In this document: positions 19,860-29,643 of the stretch, in pieces
Layout of the letters: each line of letters begins with the position of its first letter
Numbering within the stretch: position 1 is the first letter of the stretch
DNA from: an uncultured Gemmatimonadaceae bacterium
GTDB lineage: Bacteria > Gemmatimonadota > Gemmatimonadetes > Gemmatimonadales > Gemmatimonadaceae
Length of the DNA stretch: 64,000 nt
NCBI GenBank assembly: GCA_963740355.1
Contig: CAVUDW010000003.1
Location: 2,400,001-2,464,000, forward strand
Reading direction: 5' to 3'
Notes under the pieces: model-generated
The model's database searches: none
What the model was told of the DNA's origin: nothing
Seen by the model: only the letters and a program-made list of their open reading frames with translations
Made by a program: the position numbers and the translations under genes

Positions 19860-20756
19860 TCACGCGTCGACGTCGAAGGAGCGCAGCAATGCCACCATCC
19901 GCTGATCATCAGGATCGGCCGCCGGGTCATCCTCCGCCATCAGCTCGATGGCCTGTGGCGTCTCCAGCAGGAGCGGGATATCCCGGGTCCGCGGGTCGGC
20001 CAGCAACCAGCGAAAGGCGTCGGCTCCGATCGCACCCTCGCCGATCAGCATGTGTCGGTCCTTGTTCGAGCCGAGGGCGCCGAGGCTGTCGTTCAGGTGC
20101 AGGAAGGTGGGCGGTTCCCCACAGGCCGCCTCGAATTCATCCAGCACCGCGACACATGCCGCCTGCGACGCACTGATATCGTATCCAGACGCAAATAAAT
20201 GGCAGGTGTCGAGGCCGTAGCCCGCACGCGCGCGCACCGACGCCGGCAGTGCCGCGAGTATGCCCGCCACTTCGTCCACCGTGCGGCCGATCGTGTTGCC
20301 GGCGCCGGCGCTGTTCTCCACCAGCAGCTTCGTCGTGCCCTCCACACTCTCCAGTGCGCGCGTCATGGCCGTCGCCACGCGCGCGATCCCCGACGCGCGA
20401 TCCTTGTCGGTGGCCGCCCCTGGATGGAAGCAGACGCCGCGCACTTCGAGCAACGTGCTGCGCTCCAGTTCCTTCGTCAGCGCGGCCGCCGCACGTTCCC
20501 ACTTCTCGACCTCGGGAGTGGCGCAATTGAGCACGTAGCCGGCGTGCACGATCACCGACGACCGTGCGATGCCGGCCTCCTCCAGTGCGGCGTGAAAGGC
20601 CTTGATCCGTTCCGGCTTCACCCCGACTTTCTCGTTATAGAACTTGGGAACTGCGCTGAAGATCTGCAGTGCCGTCGCCCCCGCGTTGCCCGCGCGGCGC
20701 GCCGCCATCGGGATCCCGCCAGCGTCAATCGTGTGTGCACCAATCAGTCGAGGCAT
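19860..20756 (-). CDS. nfo: Endonuclease IV (AP endonuclease family 2)
   Basis: IGAH, HAGY, FHPG, ENSAG, LDTCH, HLNDS, DRH, LETP zinc-ligand motifs. Confidence 0.92.
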   Translation of the reverse strand: MPRLIGAHTIDAGGIPMAARRAGNAGATALQIFSAVPKFYNEKVGVKPERIKAFHAALEEAGIARSSVIVHAGYVLNCATPEVEKWERAAAALTKELERSTLLEVRGVCFHPGAATDKDRASGIARVATAMTRALESVEGTTKLLVENSAGAGNTIGRTVDEVAGILAALPASVRARAGYGLDTCHLFASGYDISASQAACVAVLDEFEAACGEPPTFLHLNDSLGALGSNKDRHMLIGEGAIGADAFRWLLADPRTRDIPLLLETPQAIELMAEDDPAADPDDQRMVALLRSFDVDA

Positions 20757-20841
20757 GGGTCCTGTCGTGTGAAGTTCCGTGCAACGTGCGAACTGATGTA
20801 CCGTCCGCCATTCGGTGTGTGCACCAGCTTCTACCGGAGCG

Positions 20842-21669
20842 TCACCGCGTCACGATCTGCGCGCGCCGCAACAGGTACGCACTGCCCGACTGCGAGGCTT
20901 CTTTCCATCCCACCCAGAGCTGCCCACCCGAGAGGCGGATGATCTGCGGCGCTGACGCTTGCTGCGAGCTGGTGCTGACCGGAATGAGTCGCGCCGTCTG
21001 CTCGAAGAGGTGACCCGAGGTGAGCGACAGGCTCATCGCGATGCGTCCCACTTCACTGTTCGGATCTTCGTACGCGATTGCGACGGTGTCACCGCGACTC
21101 GCCACCGCGACGCGCACCGGCTCTTCGCCGTACACGATCGCAATCGGCACCTCGAAGCGCTGCAATCGCGGATCCATCAGGTGCGAATAAAAAAGCCCGG
21201 GGCCTTCCGGCGCGACCATCCAGTAGCCGACGTGCACGTAGCCGTTGGCGCTGTCGACCGTCAGCGCCGGTGTCGGTCGCGCGCAGCCCAGCAGCGCCCG
21301 GTCCACCGAATCGACCGTGATGCGCTGCAGCAGCGCCCCGGTCGAATCGTGTGCCGCGGCCATCAACACGGCGCTGCTGTCGGGCCGGATTCGCCACCAG
21401 GCGGACCACTTCGCCCCGCGCACCACCGGTGACTCGACGGTCGATCCCGGACAAGCGCCGACGGTGCTCTCGGGGGCCGGCGCGGCCACGCCGGCCGGCA
21501 ACACGACCACCTCGGGCGTCGCGCCAGGTGCCCAGCGCGCGGTGTAGCCGGTCGTGGAATCGGTGACCGACGCGATCATCGCGGGCGCCTGCCACTCCAC
21601 CGGCGGTGCGTCCCACGAACAGCCGGCCAGCAGGGAGACGGCAATCAAGCACTTTGGAGCAACGGGCAT
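20842..21669 (-). CDS. Hypothetical lipoprotein
   Basis: Lipobox LAGC and a beta-rich body. Confidence 0.65.
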   Translation of the reverse strand: MPVAPKCLIAVSLLAGCSWDAPPVEWQAPAMIASVTDSTTGYTARWAPGATPEVVVLPAGVAAPAPESTVGACPGSTVESPVVRGAKWSAWWRIRPDSSAVLMAAAHDSTGALLQRITVDSVDRALLGCARPTPALTVDSANGYVHVGYWMVAPEGPGLFYSHLMDPRLQRFEVPIAIVYGEEPVRVAVASRGDTVAIAYEDPNSEVGRIAMSLSLTSGHLFEQTARLIPVSTSSQQASAPQIIRLSGGQLWVGWKEASQSGSAYLLRRAQIVTR

Positions 21670-21838
21670 TCCGTAATCTACGCAAGTCGGTCGCGGCCCT
21701 CGGCGGGAATGGCAGTCCGGCTGCGGTCACGAGCATCGCCGTGGCGGCCATTACGTTTGCAGCACGGGCCGTGCGTACGCTGCGGGGCCCGGCCATTTCC
21801 ACCCGCTCCGCCACTTTGCTCCGCCACTCTGCTCAGCC

Positions 21839-23497
21839 ATGACGCCACCTCTCGTCGCGCCCGTTGGAGCCTCGCAGTTCGCCGGCTCCCGTCGAATTCC
21901 TGCCCCGATCAACGAACCGGTTCGGAACTACGCCCCGAATTCGCCGGAACGGACCGAACTGCAGGCCCGTCTCACGAGCATGTCCACGGAACGGGCCGAA
22001 ATCCCGGTGGTGATCGGCGGCAAGCGGATCTTCACGGGCAACAAGGGCACGCAGGTGATGCCACACATGCATCGCCATGTCGTGGCCGACTTCCACAAGG
22101 CGGGCCCGGCGGAGGTCGCCGCGGCGGTCGAGGCCTGTGCCGCAGCCCGAAAGGAATGGTCCGCCTGGAGCTGGGAAGATCGCGCCGGCGTCTTTCTCAA
22201 GGCGGCTGAACTGCTGACGACGACGCGACGGGCGTCCGTCAACGCGGCCACGATGCTTGGCCAGTCGAAGACGGTGCACCAGGCCGAAATCGATGCGGCC
22301 TGCGAGCTGATCGACTTCTGGCGCTTCAACGCCGCCTTCGCGCAGGAGATCTACGCCGAACAGCCGGTAAGCACGAGCGCCACCTGGAACCAGTCCGACT
22401 ACCGCCCGCTGGAAGGGTTCATCTACGCCGTCTCGCCGTTCAACTTCACGGCCATCGGCGGCAACCTCTCCGGTGCGCCTGCCATGATGGGCAACACCGT
22501 CATCTGGAAGCCAGCCAGCACCGCGATGCTGTCGGCCTGGAATGTCTTCCAGATTCTCGAAGAGGCAGGCCTGCCGCCGGGTGTGATCAACTTCGTGCCC
22601 GGTGATCCGGCGCCGATCTCGAACGCCCTGCTCACCCATCGCGACCTCGCCGGTGTGCACTTCACCGGCAGCACGGGTGTGTTCAACGGCATGTGGGAGA
22701 CGGTCGGCCGCAACATGGGGAGCTATCGCAGCTATCCGCGCATCGTCGGTGAAACGGGCGGCAAGGACTTCATCGTCGCCCATCCCTCGGCAGACCCGAT
22801 CGCGCTCGCGGTGGCCATCGTCCGCGGGGCCTTCGAGTACCAGGGCCAGAAGTGTTCGGCCGCCAGCCGCGTCTATGTCCCGAAGTCGCTCTGGCCCACG
22901 GTGCGTGAGCATGTGGCGCAGATGACGAGTGAGATCAAGGTCGGCGATGTGCGTGACTTCACGAACTTCATGGGTGCCGTGATCGACAAGCGCGCCTTCG
23001 ACAAGCACACCGAGTACCTGGCGCTGGCGAAGAAGGAGTGCGAAGTGATCACCGGCGGCACCGCGAACGACGAGATCGGCTACTTCGTGCAGCCGACCCT
23101 CGTGCGGACCGATGACCCGTCGCACCGCATGCTGAACGAGGAGATCTTCGGCCCGATCATCACGGCCTATGTCTATGACGACGACAAGTGGCTCGACACG
23201 CTGCACCTCGTGGATGCGACCAGCCCGTACGCCCTGACCGGTGCCGTGTGGGCACGCGAGAAGCAGGCGGTGCTGGACGCGATGTCGGTGCTGCGCAACG
23301 CCGCTGGCAACTTCTACATCAACGACAAGCCGACCGGTGCCGTGGTCGGACAACAGCCGTTCGGTGGCGCACGCGCCTCGGGCACGAATGACAAGGCGGG
23401 CTCGAAGATGAACCTGATGCGTTGGGTCAGCGCCCGTTCGATCAAGGAAACCTTCGTACCGCCGACGGAGTGGCGCTATCCGTTCCTCGCGGAATGA
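21839..23497 (+). CDS. pruA: 1-pyrroline-5-carboxylate (L-glutamate gamma-semialdehyde) dehydrogenase
   Basis: QAEIDAACELIDFWRFN, ETGGKDF, FEYQGQKCSAASR, GARASGTNDKAGS. Confidence 0.93.
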   Translation: MTPPLVAPVGASQFAGSRRIPAPINEPVRNYAPNSPERTELQARLTSMSTERAEIPVVIGGKRIFTGNKGTQVMPHMHRHVVADFHKAGPAEVAAAVEACAAARKEWSAWSWEDRAGVFLKAAELLTTTRRASVNAATMLGQSKTVHQAEIDAACELIDFWRFNAAFAQEIYAEQPVSTSATWNQSDYRPLEGFIYAVSPFNFTAIGGNLSGAPAMMGNTVIWKPASTAMLSAWNVFQILEEAGLPPGVINFVPGDPAPISNALLTHRDLAGVHFTGSTGVFNGMWETVGRNMGSYRSYPRIVGETGGKDFIVAHPSADPIALAVAIVRGAFEYQGQKCSAASRVYVPKSLWPTVREHVAQMTSEIKVGDVRDFTNFMGAVIDKRAFDKHTEYLALAKKECEVITGGTANDEIGYFVQPTLVRTDDPSHRMLNEEIFGPIITAYVYDDDKWLDTLHLVDATSPYALTGAVWAREKQAVLDAMSVLRNAAGNFYINDKPTGAVVGQQPFGGARASGTNDKAGSKMNLMRWVSARSIKETFVPPTEWRYPFLAE

Positions 23498-24444
23498 GCG
23501 ACACGCTGGTGAGCAGTGCGTCGGGCGGTGATCCGCTCTTCGTGCACTATTTCACACTCGATGTCTTCACCGACCAGCGGTTCGGCGGCAATCCGCTGGC
23601 GGTGATCCTCGATGCGCGTGGTCTGAGCAGCGAGCAGATGCTGCAGGTCACGCGCGAGTTCAATTACTCGGAATCGACCTTCGTGCTGCCAGCCGAGACG
23701 GCTGAGACCACGAAGCGTGTGCGCATCTTCACGCCCGGCGGCGAAGTGCCGTTCGCCGGGCATCCCACCGTCGGGACGGCGATCGCCCTCGTCTTCTCGG
23801 GCGACGCCCCGAGCGACGGCGACACGGTGCACGTCGTCCTCGGCGAAAACGTGGGGCCCGTGCCTGTCACCGTGCGGTTGCGTGACGGTGTGCCGGAGTG
23901 GGCGCAGCTGTCGGTGGCGATGATGCCGGTGGAGAAGCCCCCGATCGATCGTGCGCTGGCGGCCGACCTGGTCGGCCTCTCGGTGGACGACGTGGTGGCC
24001 GGCGATCAGTACCTGCCGGCGGTCACGTCCTGTGGATTGCCGTTCCTCATCATCCCGCTGGCGTCACGTGATGCTGTCGCGCGCGCACGGATCAGCGAGC
24101 CGGTGTTCGCCCGCACGATGCGCGGCACCGACTGCGCGATGGTGATGGTCTTTGCATCAGTCGATGACGTCCCGGGCGTGGATGTGCATTGCCGCGTCTT
24201 CTGCCCCGACGACGGCGTCCCCGAAGATCCCGCCACCGGCAGCGCCAACGCCGCCCTCGGCGGCTACCTCGCCGCGCGCACGCCGCGCACCGGCACTCTC
24301 CGCTGGGTGTCGCAACAAGGCATCGAGATGGGCCGGCCGAGCAAGCTCGAGATCGAGGTCGACAAGTCGTCCACCACCATCACCGCCGTCCGCGTCGGCG
24401 GCCACGCCGTCCTCATGTCCGAAGGCCGGCTCCGCATTTCCTGA
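23494..24444 (+). CDS. PhzF family isomerase/epimerase
   Basis: DVFT..GGNPLAV, SESTF, RIFTP..EVPFAGHPT, EDPATGSA. ATGA overlap with pruA. Confidence 0.9.
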   Translation: MSDTLVSSASGGDPLFVHYFTLDVFTDQRFGGNPLAVILDARGLSSEQMLQVTREFNYSESTFVLPAETAETTKRVRIFTPGGEVPFAGHPTVGTAIALVFSGDAPSDGDTVHVVLGENVGPVPVTVRLRDGVPEWAQLSVAMMPVEKPPIDRALAADLVGLSVDDVVAGDQYLPAVTSCGLPFLIIPLASRDAVARARISEPVFARTMRGTDCAMVMVFASVDDVPGVDVHCRVFCPDDGVPEDPATGSANAALGGYLAARTPRTGTLRWVSQQGIEMGRPSKLEIEVDKSSTTITAVRVGGHAVLMSEGRLRIS

Positions 24445-24468
24445 TCACACATCGGCGCTTCAACTGCT

Positions 24469-25347
24469 TCAGCCGCGCAGGTTTCGCAGGTAGCGCTCGG
24501 GATCAGCGAGGAACTCGCGCGTGAGGCGCACGTGGTCGGTGTCGGTCCAGGCGACTTCGCTGATCGGTGACTCATCGAAGGAGTAGATCCGCGCGCCGGG
24601 GAACGCGAGCAGCATCGGCGAGTGTGTCGCGATGATGAACTGCGCACCGTCGGCCACGAGGTCGAACATCATCGCCAGCAGGGCGAGCTGTCGCTGCGGT
24701 GAGAGCGCGGCTTCGGGTTCGTCCATCAGGTAGAGGCCTTTCGGGACGAGCCGTTGCTGGAAGAAGTTGAGGAACGCTTCACCATGTGACCTGGCGTCCG
24801 GGTCGGCACCGTAGCGTCGTTCCATCTCGCCCATGCTCGCCTTCAGCGGGCCCATTGCAAGGCCCTTGGCATGCGCGGAACGGTCGGCGTATTCCTCTTC
24901 CATGCGCTGCAACGTCTGCTCGAACTCGAGGCGCTCGCGCTTGAGCAGGTTCTGGAAGCCGAAGAAGTCCTCGGCGCGCAGGAAGAAGCCGCGGTTGTTG
25001 CGCGTACGCCAGGTGAGCTTCAAGGCGCGAGACAGCCAGAGTTGTTCGGCCAGCGTCGGATCGTCCTGCGCGCGATTCGCCGCACCGGCGGACGGCAGCG
25101 AGGCCGCGATGGCGATCGCCTCCAGCAGCGTCGATTTCCCGGACCCGTTCTCACCCACGAAGCAGGTGACCGGGGCATCGAAGTCGAGCGTCGTCATCGA
25201 CGCGATCGTCGGCACCGAGAAGGGAAAGCGCTCCGCGCTGGCCCAGCGTGGCAACGCATAACTCACGCGCAGCAACTGCGGATCACCGTCACGCCAGTCC
25301 GACTTCGGCGTTTCCGTCGTGCGACGACGTGGTGCCCGCGGCGGCAC
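24469..25347 (-). CDS. Predicted ABC-type/AAA ATPase (COG3910-like)
   Basis: GENGSGKSTLLEA, SHGEAFL, DEPEAALSPQRQL, ATHSP. Confidence 0.85.
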   Translation of the reverse strand: MPPRAPRRRTTETPKSDWRDGDPQLLRVSYALPRWASAERFPFSVPTIASMTTLDFDAPVTCFVGENGSGKSTLLEAIAIAASLPSAGAANRAQDDPTLAEQLWLSRALKLTWRTRNNRGFFLRAEDFFGFQNLLKRERLEFEQTLQRMEEEYADRSAHAKGLAMGPLKASMGEMERRYGADPDARSHGEAFLNFFQQRLVPKGLYLMDEPEAALSPQRQLALLAMMFDLVADGAQFIIATHSPMLLAFPGARIYSFDESPISEVAWTDTDHVRLTREFLADPERYLRNLRG

Positions 25348-25351
25348 CGGC

Positions 25352-25720
25352 TTACCTGCCCCCAGTGGCCTGCGTCATCCGATTCTGCGCGTCCACGAAC
25401 ACCTTGCGCGGTTCGAAATTCTCCGGCAGCTCACCCTCCTCGAACACGCCGAACGCCATGATGATCACCAGGTCGCCCACCTGTGCCATGCGCGCCGCAG
25501 CTCCATTGAGCTTGATCTCGCCGCTCCCACGCGCCCCTTCGATCGCATACGTCTCGAAGCGCGCGCCGTTGTTCACGTTCACCACCGCGACCTTCTCGTA
25601 CACCCTGAGATCCGCCGCGTCGAGCAGGTCGCGATCGATCGTCAGCGACCCCTCGTAGTGCAGGTCTGCGTCGGTCACCGTCGCGCGGTGAATCTTGGCC
25701 CTGATCATGATGCGCTGCAT
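25352..25720 (-). CDS. panD: Aspartate 1-decarboxylase
   Basis: [16 protein letters not shown] cleavage site, [14 protein letters not shown]. Confidence 0.95.
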   Translation of the reverse strand: MQRIMIRAKIHRATVTDADLHYEGSLTIDRDLLDAADLRVYEKVAVVNVNNGARFETYAIEGARGSGEIKLNGAAARMAQVGDLVIIMAFGVFEEGELPENFEPRKVFVDAQNRMTQATGGR

Positions 25721-25778
25721 GCGCACAATCTACCCGAGTCGAGGCCCCGAAACGGAAGCCTCGACTCGACGGACCACA

Positions 25779-28430
25779 TTAAAATCTTGCTCCCAGCGAC
25801 AGATCCACGCGCGTCCCCTTCCGCGGATAAATCCCGCGGCTGACATCCACACGGAACAGTCCTTCCACGAACGACGACCCGAAGCCGTAGCCAGCGATCG
25901 GCCGCCCCGGCGTGGTGAAATTGCTCCGATCGCCGGCCCAACCGAGGTCGAGGAATGCCGTCTGCTTCGACGCCGACGAGCCGTAGCCGATCTCGGATCG
26001 TGACAGCCAATAGGTGTTGCCGATCCGGGTGCCGGCCAGCTGACCGCGCACGGTGCGCAAGCCACCCATGTAGAACTGGCGCTGCAGCGGCACGCTGTCG
26101 GTGGCGGTGCCGACACTCGCCGTCTGGCCGAAGGAGAACTTGCCGAACAGCGGACGCGACACCGTGATGTCGGCCAACCCGCGTGCATAATTGAACGAAC
26201 CACCCGCCGCCTCGGCACGCACATCGGTGACCAGGTTCCAGCCGCTGGGGTCGATGCCGTAGCTCGCATGCCATTCGCCCGAGCCGCCAGCCACCTGCCC
26301 TTCCTCGGCGACGATGTTGGCCGGCATGAAGCGATTGTCGCTGAAGGCATTCGCGACGTTGAAATTCCACCGCTTGCGCGCCGCATCATGCCGTTCACCG
26401 AATGCGCGCCACTTGATCAACCCGGTCGAGGTCGGCCGCGTCCATGTCACCTCGGCGCCCGCATTGCGATAGTAGAAACCTTCATCACGCCCATACAGCA
26501 GCGTCGCCAGCGATGAACCGACGCTCAGCGGATCGCCGAAGTCGTTGGTGTAACTGAGTCGCCGGAAGACGGCGCCCTGAATGGTCGTTCGGCCATTGCT
26601 TCGCGCCAGGCGTACTTCGGCATTCGGTTGCCAGTCAGCCACTCCTATTCGCGCGTTCCCCGACGCCGTGTAGCCTGCACCCAGCGGCCACGTCACTTCC
26701 GTGCCGAGTGAAAAGCCTTCGACACGATTGTAGCGCTGCTGATTGATCGAGTAGTCGAACTGGAGCGGCTGTGGTCCGAACGCCGGCTGCAGCGACAACC
26801 CCAACGAACTGGCCAGCGCCGAGGCATCGCGCTGCGAGAACACTTCCTCGTTCGGGTCGTACGGCGACTTCGGCAGCTCCTTCGACGACGCCAGCACGGT
26901 GGAATCGCACGGGATTTTCACGGCATACTGCAGCGCGCCTTCGTAGCGGGTCTCGACTCGCGTGTAGTACCCGCCCGAGGCCGCACATTCTGCGTCGCGG
27001 ACCTTGCGGCGCGCCACACGAGTCGACGCACGATAGAGCGAATCACCGAAGCGGCGCTCCCGACGCGCATCACGGGACGAGTCGGTTTCTGCCGGCACCG
27101 TCCGTCCCGCCGCGCGCAGCAACGAGTCGCGCACCACATGCCGCTCGGCCACGATCACCTTCCAGACCGAGTCGCGCAACACACCGTACAGCGAATCGCC
27201 GATCAGCTTGGTGCGTGCGGCCGTCGCCGATGTGTCAGCGATCAGTGGCGGCTCATACCCGCGGGAGCGCAGCAGTGAGTCCACGATCTGGCGACGCCGC
27301 ACGCGCGGCACGCGATTGTCGAAATCATCGTCGGTCACCACGTCCTCACACTGCGGGGCACACACCTGCATGCTGGCGCTGGTGCGACGCGCGCTGGCCA
27401 GTGTCGGCATCGGCGGCAGCGGCGCGGTGCCATCCACATCGTCGTACTTGTAGCTCTCCTCGATCCGGATCGGGATGTGCATGAACATCGCCTGCGTGTT
27501 GCCCTCCGCACGATTGACGCGCGGCAACCAGAATTTTCCTTCGTACAGCGCGTACTCCACCGTCACGAGATTGATGTCGAATCGCAGCGGATTGACCAAC
27601 CCGCGGACCCAACCCGGCGGCGCGTCCTCCTTCGCATCCTTGACCTTTTTGGCTCGCGCCGCGGTCGTATCACGCTCCGCGTCTTCGATGTCCTTCTTCA
27701 CATCGGCCAGCGCCTCGTTCCAGATTTCAAGCGGCGCCGACAACCGGTAAGCAGCGCGCACCAGTGATCCGCTGCGCGAGTCGAACCAGAAGCTGCCCAC
27801 GAAACTGCGCCACTCCGGCTTGCGTGCGATCACCTTCAGCTCGCGCAGCGTCAGCCCTTCGCCACTCGGCAGTCGAATCCGGATCGAGTCGCCGATCTGG
27901 TAGCGATAGTACGCTTCGCTGCCACGGGCGAGCGGATGGATGAAGCCCTCGCTTTCATCCACGTCGCGACGCACGGTCGCCATGTCGGTACTCGGCATCC
28001 AGAGCTGTTCGCGCCCCGGGAAATAGGGCACCGGGATGAGCGAGGCTGCGACGCCGTTGACGTTCACGTTCTTCGACATCGGCACCGTGGTGCGTGACGC
28101 CAGCGGCTCGATCCACATCCCCTGGCTGCGACGCCACTTCACGTTCGACACGTTTTCGGTGCGGAACAGCAGCTTGTTTCGCAGCAACGCCGACGTGCCC
28201 ATGCTCACCGTGATGCGAGCCTGCGTCTTCGCGTCGTAACCGCGCAACGCCGAGTCCTGCGCGATCCGGGCGCGACGCGCGAGCATGAAGAGGTTGCGTG
28301 TGGCCGTGTCTGGGAAGGCGCTCGACTGGAGCTCCGAAGTCACCGGACGGCGGCGCACCGGATCAGGCTGGGCAGGCGCCGCGGGGGGCGTCGGCTGCTG
28401 CAGGAGAAGGAACAGCGCGGGGATCAGCAT
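25779..28430 (-). CDS. Large outer-membrane beta-barrel protein (Omp85/BamA-like C-terminus)
   Basis: RYNRVEG, FYMGGLRTVRG (VRG loop), C-terminal amphipathic strand ending in F. Confidence 0.65.
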   Translation of the reverse strand: MLIPALFLLLQQPTPPAAPAQPDPVRRRPVTSELQSSAFPDTATRNLFMLARRARIAQDSALRGYDAKTQARITVSMGTSALLRNKLLFRTENVSNVKWRRSQGMWIEPLASRTTVPMSKNVNVNGVAASLIPVPYFPGREQLWMPSTDMATVRRDVDESEGFIHPLARGSEAYYRYQIGDSIRIRLPSGEGLTLRELKVIARKPEWRSFVGSFWFDSRSGSLVRAAYRLSAPLEIWNEALADVKKDIEDAERDTTAARAKKVKDAKEDAPPGWVRGLVNPLRFDINLVTVEYALYEGKFWLPRVNRAEGNTQAMFMHIPIRIEESYKYDDVDGTAPLPPMPTLASARRTSASMQVCAPQCEDVVTDDDFDNRVPRVRRRQIVDSLLRSRGYEPPLIADTSATAARTKLIGDSLYGVLRDSVWKVIVAERHVVRDSLLRAAGRTVPAETDSSRDARRERRFGDSLYRASTRVARRKVRDAECAASGGYYTRVETRYEGALQYAVKIPCDSTVLASSKELPKSPYDPNEEVFSQRDASALASSLGLSLQPAFGPQPLQFDYSINQQRYNRVEGFSLGTEVTWPLGAGYTASGNARIGVADWQPNAEVRLARSNGRTTIQGAVFRRLSYTNDFGDPLSVGSSLATLLYGRDEGFYYRNAGAEVTWTRPTSTGLIKWRAFGERHDAARKRWNFNVANAFSDNRFMPANIVAEEGQVAGGSGEWHASYGIDPSGWNLVTDVRAEAAGGSFNYARGLADITVSRPLFGKFSFGQTASVGTATDSVPLQRQFYMGGLRTVRGQLAGTRIGNTYWLSRSEIGYGSSASKQTAFLDLGWAGDRSNFTTPGRPIAGYGFGSSFVEGLFRVDVSRGIYPRKGTRVDLSLGARF

Positions 28431-28648
28431 AGGCTCAGCGGGAGTGAACGTCGGCGACGAGTGGCCTTACGGTCCGGCACCCAGTCGGGTTCCACTTGGT
28501 GACCAACCTCCGGATGACGAACCGCCAGGCCAGCCGGCCGACCAATCTCGCCGACAAACAGGCGGTGGCGTGAAGGGGTCGTCGTCGTGGGCCGATACTC
28601 GGGAACGAGCCGCACGCCACCGCACGCAGCCCTTTGCCCTGCCGCAGT

Positions 28649-29617
28649 ATGCATGAGTCTTCGCTTCCCGGCGCCGCCGATCGCCTCTCGCCGAACGACC
28701 CGTCCGGGCTGCAGCGCCGCCTGACGGCCATCCTTCAGGCGTCACCAGCCCCCACAATCTGCGTCGCCCGCAGCCGCGAGGACGGTGGTGACCTGATGGT
28801 TGCCGGCGGTTCGCTGCTCGAACTGGTGAAGCACCGGGTGAATGCATTGCAGCGCGCCGGGATGCGCCGCGGCGACGCCATCGCCAGCGACGCCGTGGGT
28901 GTGAGTCGCGTGGTCGACGCCCTCGCCGCCATCATCGGCGGCTTCGTCTACTGGCCGTGCAGCGATCATCGCCGGATCGCGGAAGGGCCGCTGGTCACGG
29001 ATTCGGGTGCCGCACTGGTCTGGCGTCCGAACCCGCTGGTCGGCGTCGGCCTCTCGCCGGGCCTCCCGCATGAACCCCCGGCGGCGCTTCCGATGCGCCT
29101 CTCGGTACAGCTTCGGGACGTGATGCAGCCTGCCGGGCCTCAGGTCCGGGTCCTGGTCGACGGCGGCAGCGAGAACCCGCCCTTCGCAATCAACGCCCAG
29201 ACCATCGGCAGGCTCGGCAGCACCCTGCGGCGCAAACTCGGCATCAAGCGGCAGAGTGTGCGCTACTGCGCTGCCCCGGCGCAGTCCTCCACCGGCGTAC
29301 TGCTCGACCTCCTCCCGGGCATCGCGGCCCGCCAGGTGATGGTGGTGCCGAGCGAGCTGAATCCGTCGTCGACCACGATCGTGCGCGCGATTTCGCGCTA
29401 CCACCCGGACTCACTGACGCTGACGCTCGACCAGGCGAAGGCACTGGCCGAGACGCCGATCGACGGCGCCACCCTGCACGCGCTCCGCCAGACGCAGCTG
29501 CTCATCGCCGACACCCGCCCCATCCCCCTCGCCCTCCGCACGCACCTCAAGGAGTGGGTCGCCCGCCTCGACATCGCCTACATCCTCCCCGAATCCGGCG
29601 ACGCGTACCTGATCTAG
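28649..29617 (+). CDS. Degenerate AMP-binding (ANL superfamily) N-terminal-domain protein
   Basis: LQRAGMRRGDAIA..ALAAIIGGFVYWP and AYILPESG occupy the expected ANL motif positions. P-loop is degenerate. Confidence 0.55.
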   Translation: MHESSLPGAADRLSPNDPSGLQRRLTAILQASPAPTICVARSREDGGDLMVAGGSLLELVKHRVNALQRAGMRRGDAIASDAVGVSRVVDALAAIIGGFVYWPCSDHRRIAEGPLVTDSGAALVWRPNPLVGVGLSPGLPHEPPAALPMRLSVQLRDVMQPAGPQVRVLVDGGSENPPFAINAQTIGRLGSTLRRKLGIKRQSVRYCAAPAQSSTGVLLDLLPGIAARQVMVVPSELNPSSTTIVRAISRYHPDSLTLTLDQAKALAETPIDGATLHALRQTQLLIADTRPIPLALRTHLKEWVARLDIAYILPESGDAYLI

Positions 29618-29643
29618 CGGCAATCTCGCGACGAGCATCGGGA

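Noticed and set aside
21833..23353. 506-aa antisense ORF opposite pruA (similarly 1833-3113, 16347-18482, 39277-40551, 53472-54806)
   Set aside because: Shadow ORFs expected from high-GC codon bias opposite well-supported genes; no motifs of their own.
23494..24444. Phenazine biosynthesis cluster
   Set aside because: Only a lone PhzF-family gene coupled to pruA; no other phz genes.
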